NCBI GenBank assembly: GCA_033442325.1
Contig: JAWQFM010000003.1
Coordinates: 518,906 to 582,905, forward strand
Length of the DNA: 64,000 bases
Source: Salpingoeca rosetta
Lineage: Eukaryota > Protista > Choanoflagellata
Direction: 5' to 3'
Part shown: positions 1 to 17,984 of the stretch, piece by piece
How the letters are laid out: every line of letters begins with the position of its first letter
How positions within the stretch are numbered: position 1 is the stretch's first letter
Program-made: the position numbers and the translations under genes
The notes under the pieces: generated by a model
The model's input: the letters and a program-made list of their open reading frames with translations, nothing else
Databases searched by the model: none
What the model was told of the DNA's origin: nothing

Positions 1-800
1 TGGGCCGCATCCGCCCTTATCCCACCACATCACCGATCTTTCCATCTTTCTCTCAAAGCACACCGAAATGGTCTTCAATTCGCTCCCTCCGTGAACTGAC
101 AACAGTAGACCGTCCCTGTCGTTTTCCTTTACCCCGGGCATTTTCTCGTTTACACAACCCTCTCTCCATATAGCTACCTTCCATCTACTCCCAAATGTTA
201 AGGTTCCCACAGTTTCCTTTTACCTGTTCCTACGGAAGTGTGTGTGTGTCCAAGGAAGCCGGGCGGAATACCAGAGGAGACATGGGGCCACAGACAAGGC
301 TCAAACACAACGTACTGGATGCGGGGCAAGGCGCGGCAGCCGGAGAAGACAACTGTGCTTGTGCATGTGTGTGTGTGTGTGTGTGTATGTGTGTGTGAGT
401 TGGCTGGCGTACAGGTAGTGACAAAGGCAAGCGCGTGCGAGTGCGAGTGCTCCAACTACAGCGTGCCATCGGCATGCCCATGCAACCACGCAAACTCACA
501 CACACACACATGCACATGCACAAGCACACCCATGAACACACACACACACATGCACACACACACACCCACACGCACACACACGCACACACACATACAGGCA
601 CGCATTGCCAATCAACAACATCAGCCTCTTTCCTCTTGTGGCTTTCATCAACGCACCTCGAAGAGCCATGGTTGACGATAGTTCTCGCAAGATGTTGCTA
701 ACAATCGCTTCACAGAGGAAAAAAAAATGCACCAGGCGCACTCTCACAAGTGAAGCAAGCAACCAACCGAAAGCACAGCCACAGCAAGAAGCACACCACC

Positions 801-2494
<1,694 letters not shown>

Positions 2495-3030
2495 GCGAGC
2501 AGCACCTGGCTGGTTGTTTGCTGTTGTTGTCACGCACTCGTTGCCTTTCTCTGTGTTGTCTCTCCCCACTTCTTCTGACTTTTCTGTGTCGCTTTTACGC
2601 CGTGTTCTTTTCTGCTTCTCCATGCCATGTCCCATGTGTCTGGACCACCAAATACACACACACACACGCAACGACAAGCCTCATGTACATGAAAACACCT
2701 CACTTCTTTTCCTTCCCTTCACTAAATGTGCAGTCAGTCACGTGCGATGTAGGGGTTTTTATTGGAAGTTGTTGAGAGTCAGTCAGTCACAGCCTCACGC
2801 CGTCATCACACACAAGTCGTCAAAAAGAGACAAGAGTGACGAGCAGACGAAACGCAAGACCAAAAGGTGGCAACAAGCCAACAAAGTCAAGGTAGCGGAA
2901 GTCGTAGTAGTCGTAGCGAGGAAAGGGGTGCAATCAAGAAAGAGAGAGAGGCAACATAGTAGACAAGAGAGAGGTCAAACAGAGAGCGACAACATACACA
3001 CAGTAGACGTGATAATGCTGGGGGGAGCTC

Positions 3031-4419
3031 TCATGCGCGCTCCATCTTGGTGACCTTGCCGAGCATGACGACAGTGTTACCCTCCATGATGGCAATGCGG
3101 CCAAGACCCTCGCAGGACTTGAAGGTGTCGACGACGAAAGGCTGCTGGGGCTCGAACTTGACCTCGGCGACCTCGTTGGCCTTGAGGTTGGCGGGGTTCT
3201 CGGCCTTGGAGCCACCGGTCTCCTTGCCAATCTTCCAGCAAATCTCGGCCATGCGGACGGCAGAGCGGGATGTGCGGACAAAGGCGATGGGGCAGTAGCC
3301 GGCCTTGAGCTCACCAGGGTGGTTCATGACCTGGACCTGGGCGTGGAAGCTCTTGCACTTGCCGAGGGAGTTGTCAGACTTGAGGATCATGACATCACCG
3401 ACGCGGGGCATGTTCTTCTTGTCCAGACCCTTGACGTTGAGGCCAACGTTGTCGCCAGTGGCGGCAGCCTCGACAGACTTGTGGTGCATCTCGACGGTGA
3501 AGATCTTGCCAGTGCAGGGGTTGGCCTCAGTGTGGGTGGGGAGGAAGACAACCTCGTCGCCGGGCTTGACGGTACCCTGCTCGACGCGGCCGGTGAGGAC
3601 ATCACCGACACCCTTGATCTTGAAGACACCGGAGATGGGGGTGCGCATGGGCTTGTCCGTGGCGCGCTGGGGGACGCGGACCATCTTCTCAAGAGCCTCC
3701 TTGAGCGTCTCGAGGTGGAGGGTCTCGCCCTCAACCTTGACGTCGACGCCCTTCCACCAGTCCATGTTCTTGGACTTGGTGATGAGGTTGTCGCCCATCC
3801 AGCCGGAGATGGGGAGCACGGGGACAGACTCCATGACAAAGGCCTTCTTCCAGCCAGACTTGATGAGCATGTGGCGCATCTCGTCGCGGATCTCCTCGTA
3901 GCGCTCCTTGGAGTACTTGGCAACGTCGCAGTCCATCTTGTTGACGCCAACAATGAGCTGCTTGACGCCGAGAAGGTTGATGAGGACGGCGTGCTGGCGG
4001 GTCTGGCCCTGGACGACACCGGCCTTGTGGTTGCCCTTGGCAATGGCGGCGGTGAAGTTACCGTCGGAGGGAACCATGAGGAGGGCGACATCGGCCTGGG
4101 AGGCACCGGTGATCATGTTCTTGATGAAGTCACGATGGCCAGGGGCGTCAATGACGGTGTAGTGCTTGGACTCCGTGAAGAACTCCTTGGTGGTGCAGGC
4201 AATGGTCACACCACGCTCGCGCTCCTCCTTCTGGCGGTCCATGTAGAAGGCAAAGGCGAAGGAGCCCTTGCCGAGAGCGTCGGCCTCGGCCTTGAGCTTC
4301 TCCATCTCACGCTCGGGGATGCCGCCGAGCTCGAAGATGAGACGGCCGGTCGTGGTCGACTTGCCGGCATCGACGTGGCCGCAGATGACAATGGAAACGT
4401 GCTGCTTGCCCTCAGACAT
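3031..4419 (-). CDS. EFL: Elongation factor-like GTPase (EFL), intronless, 462 aa
   Basis: GTPase motifs GHVDAGKST, DAPGHRDF and NKMD. EFL-type segments GGIPEREMEKLKAEADALGKGSFAFAFYMDRQKEERERGVTIACTTKEFFT and AIAKGNHKAGVVQGQTRQH differ from canonical EF-1alpha. Strong C/G3 codon bias. Confidence 0.95.
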   Translation of the reverse strand: MSEGKQHVSIVICGHVDAGKSTTTGRLIFELGGIPEREMEKLKAEADALGKGSFAFAFYMDRQKEERERGVTIACTTKEFFTESKHYTVIDAPGHRDFIKNMITGASQADVALLMVPSDGNFTAAIAKGNHKAGVVQGQTRQHAVLINLLGVKQLIVGVNKMDCDVAKYSKERYEEIRDEMRHMLIKSGWKKAFVMESVPVLPISGWMGDNLITKSKNMDWWKGVDVKVEGETLHLETLKEALEKMVRVPQRATDKPMRTPISGVFKIKGVGDVLTGRVEQGTVKPGDEVVFLPTHTEANPCTGKIFTVEMHHKSVEAAATGDNVGLNVKGLDKKNMPRVGDVMILKSDNSLGKCKSFHAQVQVMNHPGELKAGYCPIAFVRTSRSAVRMAEICWKIGKETGGSKAENPANLKANEVAEVKFEPQQPFVVDTFKSCEGLGRIAIMEGNTVVMLGKVTKMERA

Positions 4420-5576
4420 GTTGCTGGTTGTTGATGGTGTTGACGGTAAACGGGGTCAAAGAAGAAGACGACGCGAAAAGACTGCTCACGTGGCACGAGG
4501 AAAAAGAGCAGAGAAATAAATGGTGTTGGTGGACGGAGAAGGGGAGGAAGGAAGGAAGGCAGGAAGGAAGTCAGGAGGGGAAGAAAAAAAGGCAAGGAAA
4601 GCGACGAGAAGGGAAAGGCATTTGTGAGCGGACAATGTGAACGTTTCACGTGCGTGTGTATTGTGTGTGCGTGCGTGCGTGTGTGCTTGAGCGCTGGCTT
4701 GTATTGGTGATGGCTTGTATTGGTTATGTTGGTGGTGTGAAACATAACACACGACCATGCGTGCGAGCAATGCTTTTGTGCGGGTGCGGTGGTGGCTGTC
4801 TTTTATCTCGTCGTCATTGCTCGCCCTTCCCTTCCCTTCACCTCTTTCCTAGTCTCCTCTCCTCTCCCTCATCCTTGTCGCTCTTCGCGTGGCTCGCCTT
4901 GCACCAACCACCAACCACCAACCATACAACCACCACCACCTCTCATCATCCATAGAAGCTCACTCATATCCGTCGACGAAACCAACCTCTTGAGCTGCAG
5001 ACTGACTCAATGAAAAAGGCAGATGCACATGCGCCAATGCCGCAAACCCCTCTCCTTGTTTCTCGCAGCCACTCTGCGTGTAACAGGCTGAGTGAGCAGA
5101 AGCAAGAACGAAGCCACACGCGGCCACGCCACGCACACAGGCCAGACACAAGCCCAGCAAGCACTTTTTTTTTCATGGGGATTGTGCGGGAGTTTGTGTT
5201 GTCGACAGCGAGCACGTGGTCGCATCTTTCGCAACATTCGCGTTTCTGGGCCAGAAACGGGTCCAGAAACGGGTCGTGTGGTACGGGCCCAAGTTGTGTC
5301 GGCAGGAAATTTGGTGCAAATCACACACAAATCAGCGTGCGCCCATGACAAAGAGGCGCGCAAGCAATGCACGCGAACCTTCCTCGCCATTTGTGCTGAC
5401 TCGACACGTTGGTATCTGTTGCAAATTGTACAGAAGTCACTGTTGCAATTGGCAAAAGTTGGGTGGGAGACAGAGAACGACGACGACAAACGACAACAAG
5501 ACTGCAGTCGAGGTGCACAACAGCAGCACCAGCCAGCGCAACAACACACCTCCCGGTGCTTGACCCCTCCTCATCC

Positions 5577-6024
5577 ATGGCGCCGACGCTGAAGCAGCGA
5601 AGGAAAGATGCGCGAGCACTTGCCCTGTTGGAACGGTGCGAGGAAATACTTCATGCAGACAAAGAAGCAGCCTCGTGCGTGCTCTTGCTGGCAAACGTGG
5701 CCCGAGCCTTTGGGCACACCCCAGCGCAGGTGCTTGCCTTGTTTCAAGGCGAGGAGGGCCTCCAAGGCGAGGCCACCGACGTTGCTGCCGTCGCACTGCC
5801 TCCAGCGCGGGCCCAGTGCTTTGTATTTATGCGCTCCCACCAAGCAGCCCGTACGTGTTGCGTCATTGCTTGTTTGCGTTGGTAGAGAGGGTGTGTGTGT
5901 GTTTGTGTTTGTGTATGTGTGTGTGTGTGTGTGTGTTTTTCTTTTGTGTATGTGTGTGTGTTTTCTTTTGTGTGTGCGTGTGTGTACATGTTTGTGTATA
6001 TGTGTGTGTGTGTTCTCTCTTTTT

Positions 6025-6057
<33 letters not shown>

Positions 6058-7878
6058 GTTTTATTTTGTGTGTATGTGTGCGTGTATTTTTGTGAGTGTT
6101 TGTGTTGCGTAGGATGCACTTTTTGATTGCAGCCACTTGGCTGCTGGTGTTTGTGCTCACACCAACATCCACCCATGACAGGTGAGGCCAGACAACAGCT
6201 CGATGAGCGCATGTGCAAGACGCTGCAGCGCCGCGTGTTTGCTCGGTTTGCTCAGCCCACGCATCCAGCCGTCCTGCGAGCCCGGGATATAGCCGTACCA
6301 CAGTTGGGTGCCGTGCCACTCCAACACCCGCGCGACCACAGCTCCCAGCAGCACACGGCCCTTGCGCACCAGCACCTCACGCAACAACAGCAACAGCAGC
6401 AGAAGCTTCCGCCGGGCTTGGCCCTGTATACGGCGTTTGTGTCGGAAGAGGAAGAGCAGGCGCTGCTCGACTGTGTCAAGGCAGCTGAGCCGTGCGGCGT
6501 GACACGGCTGAAGATGCGGCGCGTTCAGCACTTTGGCCATTTTTTCGACTACGACACCTTCACCGTCTCCGATCAGGCCGTGCCGCCAATTCCGCAACGC
6601 ATGGCGGGCGTCCTCCGCCGCATGCAGCTCGCAGCGCAGCAGCTGGGTGATAGTGACAGTGGCGCTGGTGATGGTAGCGATGGCGGGGATGGTGACAGTA
6701 GCCGTTGTGGTGACGGTAGCCGTGGTGATGGTAGCGATGGCGGGGATGGTGACAGTAGCCGTTGTGGTGACGGTAGCCGTGGTGATGGTAGCGATGGCGG
6801 GGATGGTGACAGTAGCCGTTGTGGTGACGGTAGCCGTGGTGATAGTGGCGGTGATCATCATGGACGTTGCCGCAGCAACACGGATGTTCACAGCGATGGA
6901 CAGCAGGGAGACGACCCGAGTCGGCTGTGCAAACGCCCTCAGGACAGCAGCCGCCACGAGCGTGATTGCGAGCCCATTGACCAGCTCACCGTCAACTACT
7001 ATTCGCCTGGCGAGGGCATTCCACCGCACGTCGACGCGCCGTGGGCGTTTGGCTCCACCATCTTCATCCTCAGCCTATGCAGCGGCATCGCCATGACCTT
7101 CAAGCCCGTTGATCCAACAGCTCCTGGCGTTGACGCCGCAGACGCAGACACCAGTGCACATGACGATGGCCCTGGGCGTGGTGGTCGTGGTGGTCGTGGT
7201 GGTCGTGGTGGTCGTGGTAGCGGGCACGAGGGTGGCGACGCAGACGCAAATCACGTGGCAAGGGTCGATGAATGGCAACATCTGAAGCAGGCGGGCGAGG
7301 AGCCGCGGGAAAGCCGCGTAGACCAGAAGCAGCAACACCTAAACCCGGCGCGGTTGTCCCGTGGATATGGGTTTCAGTTGATGAAAGAGGGTGCATCGGC
7401 GCGAGGAGGAAATGAGCCAGCACACCAGAAGCATTGCAATCGACAGGGGAGACAACAAGCAGAGGAGCACGCAAAGGAGCAGGAAAGGCAACAAGCAGTG
7501 CAACATGGAAAACCACGAGCAGTGCAGCAGCGGCGGCACCAGCAGCAGCAACAACAACAACAACCACAACAACAACAACAACCACAACAACAACAACAAC
7601 AACAGCAACAACAACAACAACAACAGCAACAACAACCACAACAACAACAACAACCACAACAACAACAACAACAACAACAACTCAACATTCCGCGTGCGGT
7701 GGAGCTGCACTTGCCGGCGAGATCACTGTTGGTGGTACGAGGAGAAGCGCGGTACAGGTGGACCCACTGCATCCCAGCCCGCAAAACAGATTTGGTGCAA
7801 GGGGTTCCAGTCCCGCGCAAGCAGCGCGTCTCCCTCACTTTTCGACACGCTCTCCGCCATGCCATCACCCACAGCTAA
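5577..7878 (+). CDS. ALKBH8: ALKBH8-like RRM + AlkB 2OG-Fe(II) dioxygenase without a methyltransferase domain, 2 exons
   Basis: Exons 5577-5850 and 6182-7878. Degenerate RRM (LLANV..CFVFMRS..A), then PPGLALYTAFVSEEEEQALL, LKMRRVQHFGHFFDY, DQLTVNYYSPGEGIPPHVD (HxD), LPARSLLVVRGEARYRWTHCI and RKQRVSLTFR. Confidence 0.82.
6667..6843 (+). repeat. In-frame 57-nt tandem repeat x3 (GDGSDGGDGDSSRCGDGSR) inside the AlkB CDS
   Basis: Identical units start at 6667, 6724 and 6781. Confidence 0.95.
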
Positions 7879-8251
7879 CCGTCAGGACCGCGACGGTTGC
7901 CTGCGACATGCCGTGCCTGAGTTGCTGTGTATTTAATTGACTGCAAGCAAGCGTAAATAACATAAATGTAAGCACAGGACAAGCGATTGCCAGAGATCAC
8001 ACTCACAGTGTTACTGTCACACACTGTCTCTCACTCACAACTCCTCTCTATCTCTTTCTCACACACTCACACACTGTCTCTCTCGCACTCACAGCGTTTA
8101 TGTCACACACTGTCTCTCACTCACATCTCTCTCTGTCCTTCTCACGCACTCACGCACACACACACTCTCTCACACACACACTCACTCACACTCACACACG
8201 CACCCACTCACTCTCGCACTCTCGCACTCACTCACGTCAACACAACAAAAC

Positions 8252-8256
8252 AAAAA
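8252..8256 (-). terminator. Pol III terminator (T5) of the tRNA-Lys gene
   Basis: TTTTT on the minus strand about 20 nt downstream of the discriminator base. Confidence 0.7.
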
Positions 8257-8274
8257 GAACTATTAAGCCGCACC

Positions 8275-8378
8275 AGCTCCCAGCGGGACTCGAACCCGCG
8301 ACCCTATGATGACCCCGTACTTGGAGATGTAAATTTGTGCGTAAAAGTCACATGCGCTACCAACTGCGCCATAGGAGC
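8275..8378 (-). tRNA. tRNA-Lys (anticodon UUU) with a 31-nt intron at position 37/38 (8311-8341)
   Basis: The minus strand folds as GCTCCTA/TGGGAGC acceptor stem, GCGC D-stem, TGTGA/TCATA anticodon stem, CT-TTT-A[intron]A loop and GCGGG-TTCGAGT-CCCGC T-arm. Mature length is 73 nt. Confidence 0.95.
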
Positions 8379-8507
8379 TCGGCTTGATGCATACCGCGAA
8401 AAATTATACATATCAATGCAAATGCCTTTTTTTTTTTTTTTTGCTTCGCTTGCTTCAACCGACAACACGCACTCCCACCACCACCACACACACGCACCAC
8501 CACTGGC

Positions 8508-12892
<4,385 letters not shown>

Positions 12893-13395
12893 TAATGTCG
12901 ATGATGACGATGGCGATGACGACGACGATGAGCAGGAGGCGGACATGCCATTCGCGCTGCACCCCACACATCATCCCCACCACTTTCCCCCAACACCGTT
13001 TAAGCTTCGTGCGGGGGGTTCTTGTGTTCTTGTTCATAACCCAGACAGACCGGCATGGACAGCCTGTGCGCCTGTCCACGTGTTATTTCAGAGTGGCGCG
13101 CGTTACACTGCGAGTTGTACTGATGGCGCTTGACAGCACTGACACAACAAACAGCAGACAGCTAATAGTCGTTCATGAGGGGAACGTAACTGAGCAAGAG
13201 TGGTGGAGAGAAGTGGGAAGAAGGAGCGACCACACAGCACAGAGCAAAGCAAAGACCACTTGAGACAGACAGGAAGGCGCGGTGCAAGGCAATGCAATTG
13301 GCGCACAGCGGTGCCACGCCGTGAATGGGGTTGTGAGAAACGCCAGAGTTGAGGAAGTGACTAGTGGAGCAAAGTTCAGCTGCGCTTCATGTGCT

Positions 13396-13959
13396 TCAGG
13401 GCTTGTACTCGGCGAGCTTGGGGTGGCTCTCCCAGTCGGGGTCGCTCTTGGTCAGCAGGTCAACGTAAGCCTTCATGGCATCCTCCTTGGACATGCCTAC
13501 GTGTACGCGTAAGGGTGTATGTGTTTATGTTGTGTGAGGGTATGTGGTTGTGGGTGTTTGAAAAGGCAACAAACGTTGTGGTCACAAAACAAACAAAACC
13601 GCTCTCTTCAACCCAACTTGGTTCCACTTCCCCAAGGTTCCTCACAACGCACCCTTCACAGAGTCCCAGGCGTTCCACTTGGCAGAGGCTTCCAGCTGCA
13701 CAGCCCATGGCTTGGAGGTGGTGTTGTCACCGACGGTGGCCTGCTTGAAGTACTGCGATGTGCGAAAGGAGAGAGAGAGTGTGTGTGTGTGTGAGTGTGT
13801 GAGTGTAAGTGTGTGTGTGAGTGTGTGTGAGTGTTTGAGTGTAAGTGTAAGTGTGGGTGTGAGAGAGAGTGTGTGTGTGTTTGTTTGTTTGTGTGTGTTT
13901 GTGTGAGTGTGAGTGTGAGTGTGTGAGTGAGTGAGTGAGTGTGTGTGTGTGTGTGTGTG

Positions 13960-14026
<67 letters not shown>

Positions 14027-14273
14027 TCGCGTCTCTTTTGTTCCCCTCCCTCGCTCCCACAGAACGCAAACACAAATACATAAACAAACACAAGCTCATA
14101 CACAAGACCACAAACACAACCTCAAACACAAGACCACAAACACAAACGCGAACACAAGTCATTACACACACACACACCTTGTAGTAACCAAGCTTGGTGT
14201 CGTTGTCGGAATCCTTTGGGGGCCCGTTGCGGATCAGCCACACGGCCTTGTTGAACCTCTCCTCAATCGACAT
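13396..14273 (-). CDS. ACBP: Acyl-CoA-binding protein (ACBP/DBI family), 3 exons
   Basis: Exons 14273-14178, 13752-13653 and 13496-13396 give [58 protein letters not shown]..YKP*. Confidence 0.93.
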
Positions 14274-14885
14274 GATGGCAGTCAAGTGGTGTGCTTGTGC
14301 TTGTTGTGGTGTGATGAGCGGATATGGAGCTGGTGCTGGCTTCTTGTGGTGTTTGTGTGTGTATGTTGTGTGTTCCTCTTCCTCCACCCTTTCGCTCGCT
14401 TTCCTGGCGATTGGCGTATATCTTCAACTAAGAAATTTCACCAACATCTCAAGCCATAATTCCACATCGGTAACTCTGCCTGGAAAAATTGTTATGTTCT
14501 TGTGCGTGGGGGGTCCATGTGGCTGCGGCGGTGGTGGTAGTTGTGCCTTTTTCGCTCTCGCAAGCCATCCCCACTGTCTCCCTCTCTCATCAAGCCTCTG
14601 TGGTGAGCGAGGGAGCGCGCGAGTGAATGAGAAAGGGGAGGCGGGGAGGTGTGTTTGTGTGTGTCTGTGTGTGTCTGTGTGTGTCTGTGTGTTGATCGTG
14701 TTCATGCGGCAGACCTGCGACGTGCGCTTCAGCACATACCCACATGGCATCTTCGTCTGTTTCGTTGTCCTCACTCACACACACACACTCTCATGCACAC
14801 ACACAAACACACACACACATTCATGCACGCACACACAGCACGTTCGCTAAGTCCTGTTTGAGGAACCGGATCATCAACCGTCAAA

Positions 14886-15253
14886 ATGGTCAAGGTCGAT
14901 CGTGCCACCTGGAAGAAGAACTACTTCGCCAAGCTCAAGTCCTTCTTGGCTGAGTACCCCAAGATCCTCATTGTCAACTGCGACAATGTCGGCTCCAAGC
15001 AGCTCCAGAACATCCGTCTGGCCCTGCGTGGCTCTTGCGAGATTCTCTTTGGCAAGAACACCATGATGCGCCGCGCCATCATGCAGACCGAGAACACTGC
15101 CTACGCCGAGTACGTCCCTATATGCTGCTGCCGTCGCTGCTCATTGTGTGCCGCGCCACAGCGCTGCTGCTATTACCACCCCCACCCCCAACGCCTGTGC
15201 TTTTTCCTGTGTTGTTGCTGTGTCTCCATTGTTACACCCCTCCCCAAACTGCT

Positions 15254-15298
<45 letters not shown>

Positions 15299-16081
15299 CA
15301 CACTCACACTCACTCTGTTGCCCTTCCGAACGCCCCCAACCCCTTCTTGTTTTTTTCTTGTCTTGTCATGCAGGCTTCTTCCCCACATCAAGGGCAACGT
15401 TGGCTTCATCTTCACCCACGATGACCTTGCCGGCATCCGCGACCTCCTCCTGAACTTCAAGGTTGCCGCCCCTGCCCGTGTTGGCGCCATCGCCCCCGAT
15501 GAGGTCGTCGTCCCCAAGGGTCCCACCGGTCTCGATGCCCAGAAGACCTCCTTCTTCCAGGCCCTCAACATCCAGACCAAGATTGCCCGTGGTGCCATTG
15601 AGATTGTCAACGACGTCAAGCTCCTGCAGAAGGACGACCGCGTCGGCCCCTCCGAGGCTGCCCTGCTCAACATGCTTGGCATCTCCCCCTTCTCGTACGG
15701 TCTCCTGCCCGTCCAGGTGTACGACAACGGCTCCACCTACTCCCCGTCTGTCATGGACATCACCGAGGAGGACATCATTGGCAAGCTCATGCTCGGTGCC
15801 GCCAACGTTGCCGCCGTCTCCCTCGCCTGCGGTCTCCCCAACGCCGCCTCCGTGCCCCACATGGTCGCCAACGGCTACAAGAACGTTCTTGCCGTTGCCG
15901 TCGCCACGGAAATCTCCTTCCCGCTTGCCGAGAAGGCCAAGGCCTTCCTTGCCGATCCTTCCGCCTTTATCGTGGCCGCCCCTGCTGCCGCCACCGGCGG
16001 TGCCGAGGAGAAGAAGGACGAGCCCGAGCCCGAGCCTGAGGAGGAGAGCGACGACGACATGGATGGCTTCAGTACGTTTGG

Positions 16082-16145
<64 letters not shown>

Positions 16146-16269
16146 CCTCTTCGTCGTTTGACTGCTGCTGCTGCGTCTTGTATATTTATGCGATTGCCCC
16201 ACCGTGCCGTCATGCGTCACGCTCACCTCTTACACCACCATCACCTCCTCTGCAGGCCTCTTCGACTAA
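14886..16269 (+). CDS. RPLP0: 60S acidic ribosomal protein P0 (uL10), 3 exons
   Basis: Exons 14886-15109, 15374-16071 and 16256-16269. Motifs [36 protein letters not shown] and [14 protein letters not shown], plus the acidic tail [15 protein letters not shown]. Confidence 0.97.
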
Positions 16270-16888
16270 GCGCACCAGCTGGCATTGCCCCCCATGGCTG
16301 CAGCTGCACTTTGCTTGTTGATTGCTCGTTGTTGTCAACCGACGCCAATACATCTCCACACGTAACAGCATGTCAACCATGAAAGAGAAGGGGAGAGAGA
16401 GAGATGGATGGATAGATAGAGAGAGAGAGTGTGTGTGTGTGCGTGTGTGTGGCTGGAACGTCGTGAAGCGTCTGGCGATGTGCGTTTCAGTTGTTTGCCG
16501 CAACACCAACAGAACACCACACACGCAGTGCGCATTGCAAACACTTGTCCATTCACCGTGTGGTTTTCATTGTGAACGAATTAACAAGAGGGAGAGTGAA
16601 GCTAGAAACAACAACAACGACAAGCAAAGAGCAAACAACACACAAGCAAACAGGCAATGTGCGGAACGCGAGGAGAGGGGGGGGGGGCATTTACACACAC
16701 AACACACAAGGCACAAGAGTCAACCAACACCCACGCCCTTGTGTTGTCATTTACACGGGGGGGAAGCACAGAAGCAGGCACGAACAGCGAGAAGGGAGGG
16801 GGAGGCGGGAGGCGACGAATATGGAGGCGACAACACATCCAACAGCTTTTCCTTCATACACACACGCACAGAGGTGCATGCAAACACA

Positions 16889-16971
<83 letters not shown>

Positions 16972-17070
16972 GTGTGTACATACCCCAATTACAACCATAC
17001 ACGGATACACGTCATGTCACAACACATACATCCTTCACAACACATGCACATGCACACCACACCCCACACA

Positions 17071-17349
17071 TCATTGGTTGATGAACGAGTACTTGCTGGC
17101 AAGGTCGCTCATGAAGGACGTGCTCATGAGATTGCTGCGCTGCGTCTGCAGCTTCAGCGAGTCTTTTCGTGTTAGGCTTGTATTTGTTGATTCTGCGGGC
17201 GTCTCGGCGCCATACGGCTCTGGCTCGGGCGGCGGGGACACCGGCTGCTGGCCGTGCAGGGCGCTGCTTGATGCCTGGCGCGACGATGTCAGCTTCACGC
17301 CCTCGCGAATGGCGTTGATCACCTGTTGCAGCCGCACCACCCACCTGGT

Positions 17350-17382
<33 letters not shown>

Positions 17383-17399
17383 ACATACACGCACCAAAC

Positions 17400-17465
<66 letters not shown>

Positions 17466-17936
17466 ACGTACGTGTGAGCGATGCATGGATGCATGTACAC
17501 GATGCGAGTCAACATGCCATATGGACTCAACGCAAGGGCTGTAGTTGCACAAGGAAATTGTAAAAGCCGTACAAAGCGCAGCAGTCCAGGAACCAACCCA
17601 GCACTCTGAACACTGCGCTCGCAAAGAGGGGTGAAACACCCAGTCAAGCGGCCCCTCACTCCACCTCTTTCTTCCCGCCACAACTCACGCCTGCGTCACT
17701 TTCGGGTGGTCTGTCTTGAGCTTGAGGAGGGAGTCGTCCAGCTGCAGCGAGAAGAGCGTGGGCGATTTGTCCGGCAGCGCAATGGACGCTTTCTGCACGC
17801 GTGTGCGTGTCAGCAGCAATGCGCATTGAGAAAGTTGACATGCACACAGCACACCACACAAACAGCAGCAGCTTGTTGCAGCCAACGACTCATTGGTCGT
17901 CACCGCACACATATTACACCTACACGAATGTGTATC

Positions 17937-17984
<48 letters not shown>

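Noticed and set aside
3031-4419. Canonical EF-1alpha call
   Set aside because: Lacks the typical SFKYAWVLD and GEFEAG segments and carries EFL-type ones instead.
3319-4434. 371-aa ORF antisense to EFL (and similar ORFs antisense to RPLP0 and the glycosyltransferase)
   Set aside because: Shadow frames produced by strong codon bias on the coding strand; no independent motifs.
5442-5456. GTTGCAATTGGCAAA as an RFX X-box
   Set aside because: It deviates from the consensus in both half-sites and is too weak to call by eye.
13387-13398. Stop-codon readthrough or selenocysteine at the ACBP TGA
   Set aside because: A second in-frame TGA follows two codons later and the domain is already complete.
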